This document shows positions 9,718 to 19,500 of a stretch of DNA of 64,000 nucleotides, one piece after another; the first letter of the stretch is position 1; each line of letters opens with the position of its first letter. Source of the stretch: Candidatus Peregrinibacteria bacterium. GTDB taxonomy: Bacteria; Patescibacteriota; Gracilibacteria; UBA1369; LOWO2-01-FULL-3. A model generated the notes under the pieces. The model was not told where the DNA came from. It saw nothing but the letters and a program-made list of their open reading frames with translations, and made no database searches. A program made the position numbers and the translations under genes. The stretch spans positions 209,695 through 273,694 of the forward strand of contig JABILX010000001.1 in NCBI GenBank assembly GCA_018654255.1. Direction: 5' to 3'.

Positions 9718-11016
9718 TTACATAGATATGTCCGACAACTGCATGATAGGCAACATCACAGCTGCCACGATCACACCCACAGAAACACCGATAAAAACCA
9801 AAATCATAGGCTCAAGGATTTTAGCGAGCCCATTGACAGTATCACTAACATTGTCCTCATAATAAGCCGCGACCTTTATCATAATCTCATCCAACTGTGC
9901 AGTCTTTTCTCCAACTTCAACCATATTAACCAACATAGGAGGGAACAACTTGCTATCCGACAAATTCTCCGCAAGAGGGATACCTTGCTTGATATCCTCA
10001 GAAGCCAGCATTATTCTCCTTTTATAAACTTCATTACCAATTGAATTAGCAGTGATCTCCATAGTCTTCACGACAGGAACACCACTACTCATCAAATTAG
10101 AAAGCGATCTCGCAAACCTAGCAAGGTAAGTCATCTGAAACAATTTTCCAAAAACCGGAGCCCCCAATTTAATTTTATCAATTATATATTTACCCTGCGG
10201 CCTTTTACTTCCAATCACCATGAACATAGCCAATATAATCAGCCCGATAAATAAATAAACTCCATACTCTATCAAAAAATCACTTATCCCAACGACGATC
10301 CTAGTAACGAGCGGTAGTTCAGCCGCTTGCCTTTCAAACAATTGCGACAACTTCGGAATGATGAAAACCATCATCACAATAAGCACAACAATCAAAAGCA
10401 CAATAATCGCAATCGGATACATCAACGCACTTTTTATTTTGTGTTTAATATCCTGGCGTCTCGCGATATCGACCGCCAAATTATCCAAAGTTTGATTCAA
10501 TTGTCCGGCAGCTTCACCAGACTCAATCATCCCAATTTCCATGTCAGAAAACTCTTTGTCATGAAAAGTCATCGCCTCAGAAAGACTCTTACCTTCCTCG
10601 ACTTTTTCCTGCAGATCTTTAATAATAATAAAAAGATGTGACTTCGCACTAACTTGTCCCATCAAAGATTTCAAAGATTTAATAACAGACACTCCTGCAT
10701 TAATCATAACAGACAAAAGGTGAAAAAAGTTAGCTTTCTCATCATCATCAATACCAGAATGTGAAAGCATATAACCATTCAATTTTTTGAACCATCTTGC
10801 CAAGAAAAACCCCTGATTATCAAACTCATACGTATTCTCTCCTCCTAGAAATTTCTTTCCTTTTTCACTAATAACCACACTGTCATCATCGATATTCAAA
10901 ACAATAGGGGGCTTGCCAGTTTTCCTAGACTTTGCCGGTCCATTTGCTTGTTTATTTTTTCCTAATTTGAAGATTTCTTTACCAGCGAATTCGAAACCTT
11001 TAGCTTGTTTCGGCAT
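9718..11016 (-). CDS. pilC: type IV pilus assembly platform protein PilC (GspF/T2SSF family)
   Basis: 432 aa polytopic membrane protein with two T2SSF-like halves. It overlaps the pilB stop by 17 nt. Confidence 0.85.
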   Translation of the reverse strand: MPKQAKGFEFAGKEIFKLGKNKQANGPAKSRKTGKPPIVLNIDDDSVVISEKGKKFLGGENTYEFDNQGFFLARWFKKLNGYMLSHSGIDDDEKANFFHLLSVMINAGVSVIKSLKSLMGQVSAKSHLFIIIKDLQEKVEEGKSLSEAMTFHDKEFSDMEIGMIESGEAAGQLNQTLDNLAVDIARRQDIKHKIKSALMYPIAIIVLLIVVLIVMMVFIIPKLSQLFERQAAELPLVTRIVVGISDFLIEYGVYLFIGLIILAMFMVIGSKRPQGKYIIDKIKLGAPVFGKLFQMTYLARFARSLSNLMSSGVPVVKTMEITANSIGNEVYKRRIMLASEDIKQGIPLAENLSDSKLFPPMLVNMVEVGEKTAQLDEIMIKVAAYYEDNVSDTVNGLAKILEPMILVFIGVSVGVIVAAVMLPIMQLSDISM

Positions 11017-12601
11017 TAGTATCTAAATTATTTTGATCTTTGTTTTGATTTTCAGTTGTCTCAGTCTCGACATCGGCAGGTACGACCTCGGCAGGCGCAG
11101 ACTCAGGTGCAGGCGCACCATCTGCGACAGGAGCTTCCTTAGTTTTTTTCGAAGCCTTAGCTTCTTCAAACTCACCTTTTTTCGAAACACGATAAACTTC
11201 CTCAAGACTAGTCTTGCCCTGAAGAGCTTTCAAAATACCATCTTGCTCAAGAGTCAACATCCCGTTCTTAAGAGCAATATCTTGGATATCCAAAGTGGAC
11301 ATTTGAGTAAAAATACCTTTTCTAATTTTATTATCAACTCTCAAAACTTCATAAAGACCAACTCGCCCATGATATCCAGTCTTATTACACTCTGCACACC
11401 CAGCTCCTTTCTGAAACTTCATTCCTTCGACCAACGCAGGATCGATCTCTCCTTCCAAATTAGCCTTACTCAAAATAAGTTTGATTCCATCGATAGTGTC
11501 AGCATCAACGGTGTCCTCAACTTTACAGTGCTCACAAATTTTTCTAACCAACCTCTGTGCGATCACAAGTTCCAAAGTTGATGATAGTAAGTACGGCGCG
11601 ATTCCCATATTCAAAATACGAGTAACCGTCTCAACCGCACTATTTGTATGCAAAGTAGAGAGTACCAAGTGACCTGTCAAAGCAGCTTCAATAGCAGTAT
11701 TACCAGTCTCTTTGTCACGGATTTCTCCGACCATTATGATGTCGGGATCCTGCCTCAAAGCTGACCTCATCCCAGAAGCAAAAGTATATTTGATGCTAGG
11801 ATGAACCTGACTTTGATTAAGACCATCTATTTGGATTTCGACCGGATCTTCGATAGTAAGGATATTCACTCCATCTGCATTCAGCCTACTCAAAGCCGAA
11901 TAAAGTGTAGTTGTTTTACCAGATCCAGTAGGCCCTGTATTTAAGATAATTCCATTTGGCGATTTCAATGCTTCTTCAATGTTTTTCAAAGCTCTTCCAC
12001 CAATTCCAAGCTCAGGAAGATCAGGAATATCTCTCGACTTATCTTGGATACGCATAACGATTTTTTCACCGTTCACAGTCGGCATAGTCGAGACACGGAG
12101 ATCCATCTCTCTTCCTTCTTTTGTAGTAACTTCAGTACGACCATCTTGCGGAACTCGTTGCTCATCGATCTTTAGATTCGACATGATCTTGATCCTAGAA
12201 ACAACGGCCGGATGCAAGTTGGTTGGATACTCAACGATGTGCTGAAGAACACCATCGATCCTGAAACGAAGTCGAACTTTATTCTCCTCAGGCTCCATGT
12301 GGATATCACTAGATCTCATGTCCAAAGCAAGACTTATCGACATCATCACAAGCTGCGGAATATTCGCAGAAATAATAGTTTCTTGTAGTTGTTTTAGTTT
12401 TGGATTTGCAAGTGCAGCCTTTGGCGCAACTTTTGCGGCAGTCGGCGCTGGAGCGGCAGGTTTTGCAACTGCTGGAGCAGCAGGTTTTGCGACAGCTGGA
12501 GCCGGCGCCGGAACAACTGCCGGAGCTTGTGCTGCCGGAGCAGCCGCAGGCTTTGCAGCTTTTTCATCTTGCGTCTGATTTTGAGTTCCTTCGTCTGCCA
12601 T
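11000..12601 (-). CDS. pilB: type IV pilus assembly ATPase PilB (GspE family) with Ala/Pro-rich N-terminal extension
   Basis: Walker A GPTGSGKTTT. Tetracysteine motif CEHC...CAEC. About 70 aa of AAPA/AKPA low complexity at the N-terminus. Confidence 0.9.
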   Translation of the reverse strand: MADEGTQNQTQDEKAAKPAAAPAAQAPAVVPAPAPAVAKPAAPAVAKPAAPAPTAAKVAPKAALANPKLKQLQETIISANIPQLVMMSISLALDMRSSDIHMEPEENKVRLRFRIDGVLQHIVEYPTNLHPAVVSRIKIMSNLKIDEQRVPQDGRTEVTTKEGREMDLRVSTMPTVNGEKIVMRIQDKSRDIPDLPELGIGGRALKNIEEALKSPNGIILNTGPTGSGKTTTLYSALSRLNADGVNILTIEDPVEIQIDGLNQSQVHPSIKYTFASGMRSALRQDPDIIMVGEIRDKETGNTAIEAALTGHLVLSTLHTNSAVETVTRILNMGIAPYLLSSTLELVIAQRLVRKICEHCKVEDTVDADTIDGIKLILSKANLEGEIDPALVEGMKFQKGAGCAECNKTGYHGRVGLYEVLRVDNKIRKGIFTQMSTLDIQDIALKNGMLTLEQDGILKALQGKTSLEEVYRVSKKGEFEEAKASKKTKEAPVADGAPAPESAPAEVVPADVETETTENQNKDQNNLDTNAETS

Positions 12602-12605
12602 TTAA

Positions 12606-13229
12606 TTAAATATTTTGGTAATAAGCATTAATCTTCACAGAAAAATTAATTGTATTGCTAGTCGTTGATTCGTCTTCACTAAAACTCATATGAATAGACT
12701 CAATGTCCATCAAACGAACCTCATCCACGAGCGATCCAGATTTTTCAATATACTGCAAAAACTTCGTGAAATTTTCCTCCGAACTCGAAATAGTCATCCT
12801 GAGTGGCAAATATTTATATGCTTCATCTTCAGTCATTTGAATATCTTGATACTCAATATTCGAAATCAAAAACGGACTGTTTTTACTATCAGTAGCATTT
12901 TCAAATTGATCAAAAGATCGAGTAAGCTCGGTATAATTATTCTGAGCAGGGAAGACTTCTTTCAAACTAGAGTCGATCTCATCAGTTAATTCATCAAACA
13001 CAACTTTTTGATTTTGATAGTTGCTGCTTTCATTTATTTTTTTCGATTTCAAAATCTCAACATTAGCCTCATTCGCAGCAACAGCCTCTCTATACAAACT
13101 GTAATCAACCCACTTGAAATATGAGTAAGCAACAATCAACCCACCAAAAACCACGCACAAAATTGCATAGAAGGTAATGCTCTTCTTCTGTCTATTTACA
13201 ACGTCTTTATAACTTTCTTTTTCTGGCAT
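12606..13229 (-). CDS. PilO-like bitopic membrane protein
   Basis: 207 aa with one N-terminal TM helix, a coiled segment, then a small alpha/beta domain. It lies directly upstream of pilB. Assigned by architecture and position only. Confidence 0.45.
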   Translation of the reverse strand: MPEKESYKDVVNRQKKSITFYAILCVVFGGLIVAYSYFKWVDYSLYREAVAANEANVEILKSKKINESSNYQNQKVVFDELTDEIDSSLKEVFPAQNNYTELTRSFDQFENATDSKNSPFLISNIEYQDIQMTEDEAYKYLPLRMTISSSEENFTKFLQYIEKSGSLVDEVRLMDIESIHMSFSEDESTTSNTINFSVKINAYYQNI

Positions 13230-13235
13230 AGTTTA

Positions 13236-14771
13236 TTAATTAGATTGGTTATCTTCACCAGCCTCAACTCCACTAATCGAAGGTCCGCTAACTGAAACAC
13301 CGGTTTCAATATTTAGGAAGTCGGGCAGAGCATCTGGATCAATTTGATCGTCAAGCTCCTCAAGATTCTCTTCTTGTAGGCCTACGTTTAGCCTAATAGT
13401 AGAAGTGTATCCCTCCCCAGGCTCGCCGCTCTTTGTGAACGAACTCATTTCCACTCCCTCGAAGTATGGGCTTCCGTTCAATTCATCTATTAAATTTGTA
13501 ATCATAGTAAAGTTAGTAGTGTCATATCTCTTCGTGACACCAGTGATCATTATCTCGTTTGTCGAAGCGTCAAAGTCATAACTTGTATATTGGATTCCTC
13601 CCACCGCATCGAAATATCCTGCGCTAAAGTATTCGTCAACAGAAGTTGTCTCAAGCTCGATTTGATTAATTACATCCGACCAACTTATTCGTTTATCCTT
13701 GATTCTCTGAATCAAACTAAGCTCATTTTCAACCAACATATTAATCTGTTTTATCAAAGCAACCATCTCGTGGTCAGTCAAAGCCGCAATGTCAGTCGAT
13801 ACCAGCAAAGCAATCAAATCAGGATTATCTATAAGTTGCATCGTTTGTTTGTAGAGCTTGTAATTTCTTTTGTCATCCAAAGATTCGCTATCCACCAATT
13901 CGTCTATTTTTTCCTCCAAAGAAGAAGTCAGCAACGAAGCGAAAATCGACTCAAATTCAGATTCATCCTCTATAGATAAATCCAACAGAACGATTCCAAG
14001 ATTTCCGCTGAGTTTCTCAGCAGCCTTCCCGAAAGCATCTTCGATTTTCAATCTTAAATCTGCCATTTTCTCAACAGAATTAATTTTATCTGCTTGAGAC
14101 ATGGTTGTGTTCCACTTGATATAGTAATTTCTTAGATATTCATCTCCATAGTAAGTGATCTGATTCAAATAAAATTTCCCTTGCAAAAATTTATAAACAT
14201 TCAATTCAGTCTGCAGCTCTTTGACTTCATCATTTGTCTCACCAAGCTGATTCAAAACAGACGGGATATTGAAAGCATTAGTCGCAAAATCCAGTTTGTT
14301 TGTGATCTGACTAGTAAAGAAAATCACCCCAATCAACCCAAGCGCTACCAAGAAAGCAAAAAGAGCCTTCAAAACATATAGAAGAATACTTTTTGGCGGC
14401 TCAATCGATTCGAGAAGAGACTCATCAAATTCAGGCGCTTCCTCTAGGATACGATCATCTTGAGGATTTGTTTGTGACTCAACAGTACTATCCAAAAGAC
14501 TCGAATAAGCCTTGTCTTTGCCTTTAGCCGATTTATCGCCTTTGATCTTCCCAAGAAGAGAGCCTACTAGATTTTTCTTTGGCTCTTCAGCGGTATCGGG
14601 AGTGAGTTCCTTCGGTGCGGCAACAGGTTTGTCAGCAACAGGCATAGCCGTTGCAGAATCTGCAGCAGCTCCATCGTCAGATTCGCCAACATGAAAAGGC
14701 AATTTATCCTTCAGCTTACCGAAGAAAGAGCTTTTTTCTTTTGGTTTTTGTAGTTGTTTTGCTGTTAACAC
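13236..14771 (-). CDS. PilN-like membrane protein with long disordered cytoplasmic N-terminus
   Basis: 511 aa with a GTG start and a single TM (LLYVLKALFAFLVALGLIGVIFF). The C-terminal segment IMITGVTKRYDTTNFTMITNLIDELNGSPYFEGVEM resembles the PilN core. First gene of the cluster. Confidence 0.4.
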   Translation of the reverse strand: MLTAKQLQKPKEKSSFFGKLKDKLPFHVGESDDGAAADSATAMPVADKPVAAPKELTPDTAEEPKKNLVGSLLGKIKGDKSAKGKDKAYSSLLDSTVESQTNPQDDRILEEAPEFDESLLESIEPPKSILLYVLKALFAFLVALGLIGVIFFTSQITNKLDFATNAFNIPSVLNQLGETNDEVKELQTELNVYKFLQGKFYLNQITYYGDEYLRNYYIKWNTTMSQADKINSVEKMADLRLKIEDAFGKAAEKLSGNLGIVLLDLSIEDESEFESIFASLLTSSLEEKIDELVDSESLDDKRNYKLYKQTMQLIDNPDLIALLVSTDIAALTDHEMVALIKQINMLVENELSLIQRIKDKRISWSDVINQIELETTSVDEYFSAGYFDAVGGIQYTSYDFDASTNEIMITGVTKRYDTTNFTMITNLIDELNGSPYFEGVEMSSFTKSGEPGEGYTSTIRLNVGLQEENLEELDDQIDPDALPDFLNIETGVSVSGPSISGVEAGEDNQSN

Positions 14772-14819
14772 TTTTTGTTTTAAATTTATTCGAATTTATC
14801 TAGATATTATATCAAATTT

Positions 14820-14928
14820 TAACCTGTTAGTAAAGGGTGGAATAGGAAAAAACTACAAGAATAGAAAATTAATCCGGATTAATTTTCTAACCTGTTAGCT
14901 CTAACCTGTTAATTTTAATCCGGATTAA
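14820..14928. promoter_or_regulatory. operator-like repeat cluster upstream of the pilus cluster
   Basis: TAACCTGTTA at 14820-14829, 14888-14897 and 14902-14911. Perfect 14-nt palindrome TTAATCCGGATTAA at 14869-14882 and 14915-14928. Confidence 0.45.
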
Positions 14929-14961
14929 AAGTAGAAAAGTAGACCAATCCACGCACAAAAA

Positions 14962-15004
14962 GCACAAAAAAGCCGATTCCAAGTGTACACACCTGGAACC
15001 GGCT
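14962..15004 (-). terminator. rho-independent terminator after rplL
   Basis: The minus strand reads AGCCGGTTCCA-loop-TGGAATCGGCT followed by TTTTTTGTGCTTTTTG. Confidence 0.65.
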
Positions 15005-15018
15005 CTACGAAATAAAAT

Positions 15019-15600
15019 CTATTGCAACTCAACACTTGCTCCAGATTCTTCGATCTTTTTCTTCAATTCTTCAGCTTCAGCAGCATCAACACCTTCTTTG
15101 ATAGCTTTAGGTGCTCCATCAACTAGATCTTTAGCCTCTTTTAGACCAAGACCAGTGATTTCTTTAACTACTTTGATAACTGCGATCTTGTTACCACCAG
15201 CGCCAGTAAGAACTACGTCCTTTTTACCTCCGCTAGCATCAGCTTCACCACCAGCGTCTCCACCAGCAGCACCTCCTGCCATCATCATTGGAGCAGCAGC
15301 AGATACACCGAATTTTTCTTCTAGAGCTTTTACTAGGTTAGCAAGCTCAAGAACTGGAAGTTTCTCAACAAGATCCATGATCTTTTGAGCATCTTTGCCA
15401 AGTTCTACTGTCTGTTCAGCCACCGGTTCTGGTGTCTTTTCAGCAGCAGGAGCAGCAGGAGCCTCTTCCTTAGGCTCTTCTTTTGGTTCCTCCTTTGCAG
15501 GTTCTTCTGCCGGAGCTTCCTCTTTTTTCTCCTCTGGAGCCGCTTCTTCAGCCTTAGTCTCTTCTTCCTTTACATCTTCTTTCTTTGCATCATCAGCCAT
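15019..15600 (-). CDS. rplL: 50S ribosomal protein L7/L12 with about 65-aa acidic/Pro-rich N-terminal extension
   Basis: Canonical core [24 protein letters not shown] ... [23 protein letters not shown]. It is 193 aa versus about 125 aa typically. Confidence 0.9.
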   Translation of the reverse strand: MADDAKKEDVKEEETKAEEAAPEEKKEEAPAEEPAKEEPKEEPKEEAPAAPAAEKTPEPVAEQTVELGKDAQKIMDLVEKLPVLELANLVKALEEKFGVSAAAPMMMAGGAAGGDAGGEADASGGKKDVVLTGAGGNKIAVIKVVKEITGLGLKEAKDLVDGAPKAIKEGVDAAEAEELKKKIEESGASVELQ

Positions 15601-15625
15601 AATAATTTTGGTTAAATATATATGA

Positions 15626-16147
15626 TTATTTTTTAGCTATTGCATCAAGTGCACGAACAAATCCTCCAAGAGTATTGTTCAACGCACCATGGAAACCTGA
15701 TATAGGTGATTTCAATACATAAACAAGCTTTGTCAGAAGTTCTTCTTTCGACGGGATAGTCGCTAGAGTGTTGGCTTCCTCAAGACTCATAATACGTCCT
15801 TCCAAAAGTCCTCCAAGAAGTGCGAGTGCGTCATGCTTTTTAGCATAGTCGTAAACTTCTTTTGCTCCAGAAACGATATCGTCATAACTGAAAACCGCTC
15901 CAACAGCTCCGTCCATAAATTCACTAGGGATTTCTTGATCGTATCCAGCCTCTTTTGCAGCGATCTTCATCAAAGTTTTTTTCGCAACCTTCATATCCGC
16001 GTTCTTTTCTCGAAGGTTTCCTCTCAATTCTTGAACCTCATTTACAGTCAAACCTTTATTTTGTGCAAAAACAACAGATTCAGCTCTCTTGAACTTGTCA
16101 ATAAGTTCCTTCAGCATCTCTTCCTTTTTTTGTCTTGTAACTGGCAT
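15626..16147 (-). CDS. rplJ: 50S ribosomal protein L10
   Basis: 173 aa, immediately upstream of rplL, with typical L10 N-terminal sequence. Confidence 0.85.
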   Translation of the reverse strand: MPVTRQKKEEMLKELIDKFKRAESVVFAQNKGLTVNEVQELRGNLREKNADMKVAKKTLMKIAAKEAGYDQEIPSEFMDGAVGAVFSYDDIVSGAKEVYDYAKKHDALALLGGLLEGRIMSLEEANTLATIPSKEELLTKLVYVLKSPISGFHGALNNTLGGFVRALDAIAKK

Positions 16148-16323
16148 GTTTATTAAGTGTTAAAAAAATCTCATCGTGTGCACAGACAGATGAGATATAA
16201 GGATTCCCCAGATGGGGTGATCTATATTTATGTCTCGGCGGGACTTCTACTTCAGGTTAGACCTGTAGCTGCCTGCTGTCTGTGACAACACGGGTATTCT
16301 ACTCATACTCTTATAAAAGTCAA
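16148..16323 (-). promoter_or_regulatory. rplJ promoter plus structured leader with terminator-like hairpin (possible L10 leader)
   Basis: Minus strand TTGACT-N16-TAGAAT (16323-16296). Hairpin CTCATC...GATGAG plus T-run at 16197-16162, about 15 nt before the rplJ ATG. Confidence 0.35.
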
Positions 16324-16345
16324 CGAAAAATGCTAAAATCCAGCC

Positions 16346-17272
16346 ATGAATCTCACCAAACAACTAAAATCCTTTCTGAAATCAGCCAAAACCCCACTCG
16401 TAGTCATCCTCGGACCGACTGCCAGCGGGAAAACGGCTATTTCTCTGAAAATCGCCAAAGAAATCGACGGTGAAATCATCTCAACCGACTCTCGCCAGAT
16501 ATACCGCGGCCTTGAAATTGGATCAGACGCCCTACCAGAAGAAGATCAGGAAGAAGTACCACACCACATGATAGGAATTGTCGACCCAGATCGAGAATAC
16601 AGCCTCGCCGAATACAAGGACGACGCCGAAAAAATCATCAAAGAAATCCGCGAACGCGACCACGTCCCAATGTTAGTAGGCGGAACAGGTCTATATATAT
16701 CAGCTCTTATAGAAAATTATGACGTCCCTCGCGTTCCACCAGACAAAAAACTCAGAGAAAAACTGTACAAAGAAGCAGAAAAAAAAGGCCCAGAAGCCCT
16801 CCACAAACGCCTAGCCGAACTCGATCCTGAATCAGCAGACAAAATACACCCAAACAACCTGAGATATGTGGTAAGAGCACTCGAAATCAACCTGAAAACC
16901 GGCAAACCAAAACAAGACACAAAAGTCGGGCCAGCAGCAATAAAAAAGGACGTCTTCATGATCGGCATCGAACGACCACGCGAAGAAATCTACGAACGCA
17001 TCAACTCACGTGTCGACAAACAAGAATACAGAGGCCTCATCGACGAAGTCACGGCCCTCCTGGACAAAGGCTACGACGAAAACCTTCCCGCAATGTCCTC
17101 CCTCGGCGTCAAAGAAATCATTCCTTTCATTCGCAAAGAACAAACGCTCGACGAATGCAAAGAAACCCTCAAACAAAACACTCGCAACTACGCAAAAAGG
17201 CAGGGAACTTGGTTCAGACGCTATCCGCAGATTCACTGGATTAAAGCTGAAGATCTTCCCACAATACTTTAG
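16346..17272 (+). CDS. miaA: tRNA dimethylallyltransferase
   Basis: P-loop GPTASGKT, followed by STDSRQIYRGLEIGSD. Confidence 0.9.
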   Translation: MNLTKQLKSFLKSAKTPLVVILGPTASGKTAISLKIAKEIDGEIISTDSRQIYRGLEIGSDALPEEDQEEVPHHMIGIVDPDREYSLAEYKDDAEKIIKEIRERDHVPMLVGGTGLYISALIENYDVPRVPPDKKLREKLYKEAEKKGPEALHKRLAELDPESADKIHPNNLRYVVRALEINLKTGKPKQDTKVGPAAIKKDVFMIGIERPREEIYERINSRVDKQEYRGLIDEVTALLDKGYDENLPAMSSLGVKEIIPFIRKEQTLDECKETLKQNTRNYAKRQGTWFRRYPQIHWIKAEDLPTIL

Positions 17273-17345
17273 CCAACATCCGTAAAGAAGAAATACAAAG
17301 ATCACACTTCCGAGGTCTCAGGATTTTTGATATAAAATAACTTGT

Positions 17346-17735
17346 ATGACTTCATTCAAAACACTACAACGTCTCGCAAAAAAACTCCGCTCCCCAACAG
17401 GTTGCCCTTGGGATCGTTCACGGACGATAGAGGATATGGCGGAAAGTATGGAAGAGGAAGCAGAAGAGATCCAGGAAGCATTCAAGAAAAAAGATTGGAA
17501 AAATCTGAGAGAAGAACTCGGTGACGTGCTATTCAATATCGTACTCACATCCCAAATCGCAGAAGAAGAAGGAAAATTCACAATGAAAGATGTCCTCAAA
17601 GACATCGACGAAAAAATTCGCAGCAGACACACTTGGGTTTTTGGAAAAGATAAAGCAAACACACCAGAGGAAGCACTAGAAATGTGGAATCGCAACAAAA
17701 AAGCGCAAAAAGAAGAAAGCCAGGCGGAAGGCTAA
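17346..17735 (+). CDS. MazG-like nucleotide pyrophosphohydrolase
   Basis: CPWDRSRT ... EEAEEIQEA ... ELGDVLFNIV, the MazG EExxE/ExxD pattern. Confidence 0.75.
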   Translation: MTSFKTLQRLAKKLRSPTGCPWDRSRTIEDMAESMEEEAEEIQEAFKKKDWKNLREELGDVLFNIVLTSQIAEEEGKFTMKDVLKDIDEKIRSRHTWVFGKDKANTPEEALEMWNRNKKAQKEESQAEG

Positions 17736-17770
17736 AACAACCGCCCACCAACGTCTTAAAAAGTACAAAA

Positions 17771-19474
17771 ATGTCAGTCCTAGGAAAGAAATGGATTATC
17801 AAATCCAGAAGCGCTAACGCAACAATTTTCGATAAACTTCTGGAAAACAGATCTCTTACATCTGAAGAAATCTCAGATGAAGTGGCATTTCACGATCCTT
17901 TTCTCATGAAGGATATGCAGAAATCCGTCGATCGCATCATGAAAGCGATCGCGAACGAAGAACGCATAATCATTTTTGGAGACTATGACGTCGATGGCCT
18001 GACATCAACAGCGATTCTTTATCACGCATTAAAAAAACTCAACGCAAAACATTCAGCAAGACTTCCAAACAGAGAAAAAGATGGGTATGGACTATCAAAA
18101 CAATTTATAGACGAATTCAACCAGCTCAAAGTCAAACTAGTGATAACGGTGGACACAGGAATTTCATGCAAAAAAGAAATCGATTACGCGAACAAAAAAG
18201 GAATAGATATTATAGTCACCGACCATCACCAAGTCCCAGAAACTCCACCAAAAGCATACGCAATCAATCACCCAAAACAAAAAGACTGCAGCTATCCATA
18301 CGAAGAATTAACAGGGGCAGGAGTCGCATTCAAGCTCGCACACGCACTTCTCCTTCACAATCTTGGTGAAGACGGAGTAAATGAACATTTACCACCACTA
18401 GTAGAGCTCGCAGCACTTGGAACAATAGCCGACTTAGGAGAATTAAAAGATGAAAATCGCATGATTGTAAAAGAGGGGCTGAAGAATCTCTTCAAAACCT
18501 CATCACCAGGATTGAAAGTTTTAAAATCATTGGTAGGAGTAAAAGAAGGCGAAGTCACGACGACGACAGTAGGATTCCAACTCGCGCCAAGAATCAACGC
18601 AGCGGGAAGAATCGGCGATCCATATATCGCATTGAAGCTCCTAATTGGCGAAGATGAGCAACAACTTTTTAGCTACGGAAAAGAACTAGAAGAACTCAAC
18701 AAAAAAAGACAAGAAATGACAACTACAAGCTTCTTCGAAGCAATTAAGAAATTCGACAATTACGAAAAAATGGGCCAATTGCCATACATATTGATAGATT
18801 CGCATCCAGACTGGCATGTTGGGATCATCGGCCTCACCGCATCGAGGTTAGCGGACCGATTCGGCAGACCAGCCATCATCTTCCAAGACTTGGACGACAC
18901 GCTCGTGGCTTCTGCTCGCAGTATCGAAGCATTTAATATTATTGAAGCAATCGCAGCACATAAAGATCTACTTGTAACTTTCGGAGGACACAAAGAAGCT
19001 GCCGGACTCACCATCAAGAAGAAAAACTTTAAAAAATTCAAAGCACAAATAGAATCATACGCAAAAAAACTCCTCAAAAACCAAGATTTAAGATCCTCAA
19101 TTGAAATCGACTGCGAAATACAGTCAGATGATATCTCGGAGAAACTTGTGGACGAAATCAACAAACTCAAGCCATTTGGAATATCTAATAAAAGACCACT
19201 TTTTATAATAAAAGGGGCCAAGCCAGCATTCCTCGAAACAGTTGGCCGAAACAAAGATCACCTGAAATTTGAAGCAGAAATCGAAGGCAAGTCCATACCT
19301 GTTATTGGGTTCAGATTAGGGGATCATATGGGAAGCGCACGCAAACACAGGTCTCTCGATTTAGCCTGTCATGTAGATATAAACGAATGGAACGGAAAGA
19401 AGAAAATCCAGCTCGAATTAGTGGATTTCAGAGAAGGGAAAGCACCCATGTCTCCTACCTTTGACAGGGGTTGA
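17771..19474 (+). CDS. recJ: single-stranded-DNA-specific exonuclease RecJ
   Basis: DHH motifs GDYDVDG, DTGIS and VTDHH. I chose ATG 17771 over the track start 17684, which overlaps mazG. Confidence 0.85.
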   Translation: MSVLGKKWIIKSRSANATIFDKLLENRSLTSEEISDEVAFHDPFLMKDMQKSVDRIMKAIANEERIIIFGDYDVDGLTSTAILYHALKKLNAKHSARLPNREKDGYGLSKQFIDEFNQLKVKLVITVDTGISCKKEIDYANKKGIDIIVTDHHQVPETPPKAYAINHPKQKDCSYPYEELTGAGVAFKLAHALLLHNLGEDGVNEHLPPLVELAALGTIADLGELKDENRMIVKEGLKNLFKTSSPGLKVLKSLVGVKEGEVTTTTVGFQLAPRINAAGRIGDPYIALKLLIGEDEQQLFSYGKELEELNKKRQEMTTTSFFEAIKKFDNYEKMGQLPYILIDSHPDWHVGIIGLTASRLADRFGRPAIIFQDLDDTLVASARSIEAFNIIEAIAAHKDLLVTFGGHKEAAGLTIKKKNFKKFKAQIESYAKKLLKNQDLRSSIEIDCEIQSDDISEKLVDEINKLKPFGISNKRPLFIIKGAKPAFLETVGRNKDHLKFEAEIEGKSIPVIGFRLGDHMGSARKHRSLDLACHVDINEWNGKKKIQLELVDFREGKAPMSPTFDRG

Positions 19475-19500
19475 CAAAACAGGGTCAACATGGTTATAAT
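19471..19500 (+). promoter_or_regulatory. sigma70-type promoter TTGACA-N18-TATAAT
   Basis: ttgacaaaacagggtcaacatggttataat, overlapping the recJ stop. Confidence 0.5.

Noticed and set aside
12297-12609. Ala/Gly-rich plus-strand ORFs opposite the pilB 5-prime end, and similar ones opposite rplL (15098..15625)
   Set aside because: They are shadows of GC-rich Ala/Pro or Glu/Lys low-complexity coding segments on the minus strand.
17684-17770. Track start of recJ overlapping mazG by about 50 nt
   Set aside because: The upstream extension is basic low complexity in the mazG coding region. ATG 17771 gives a normal RecJ N-terminus.
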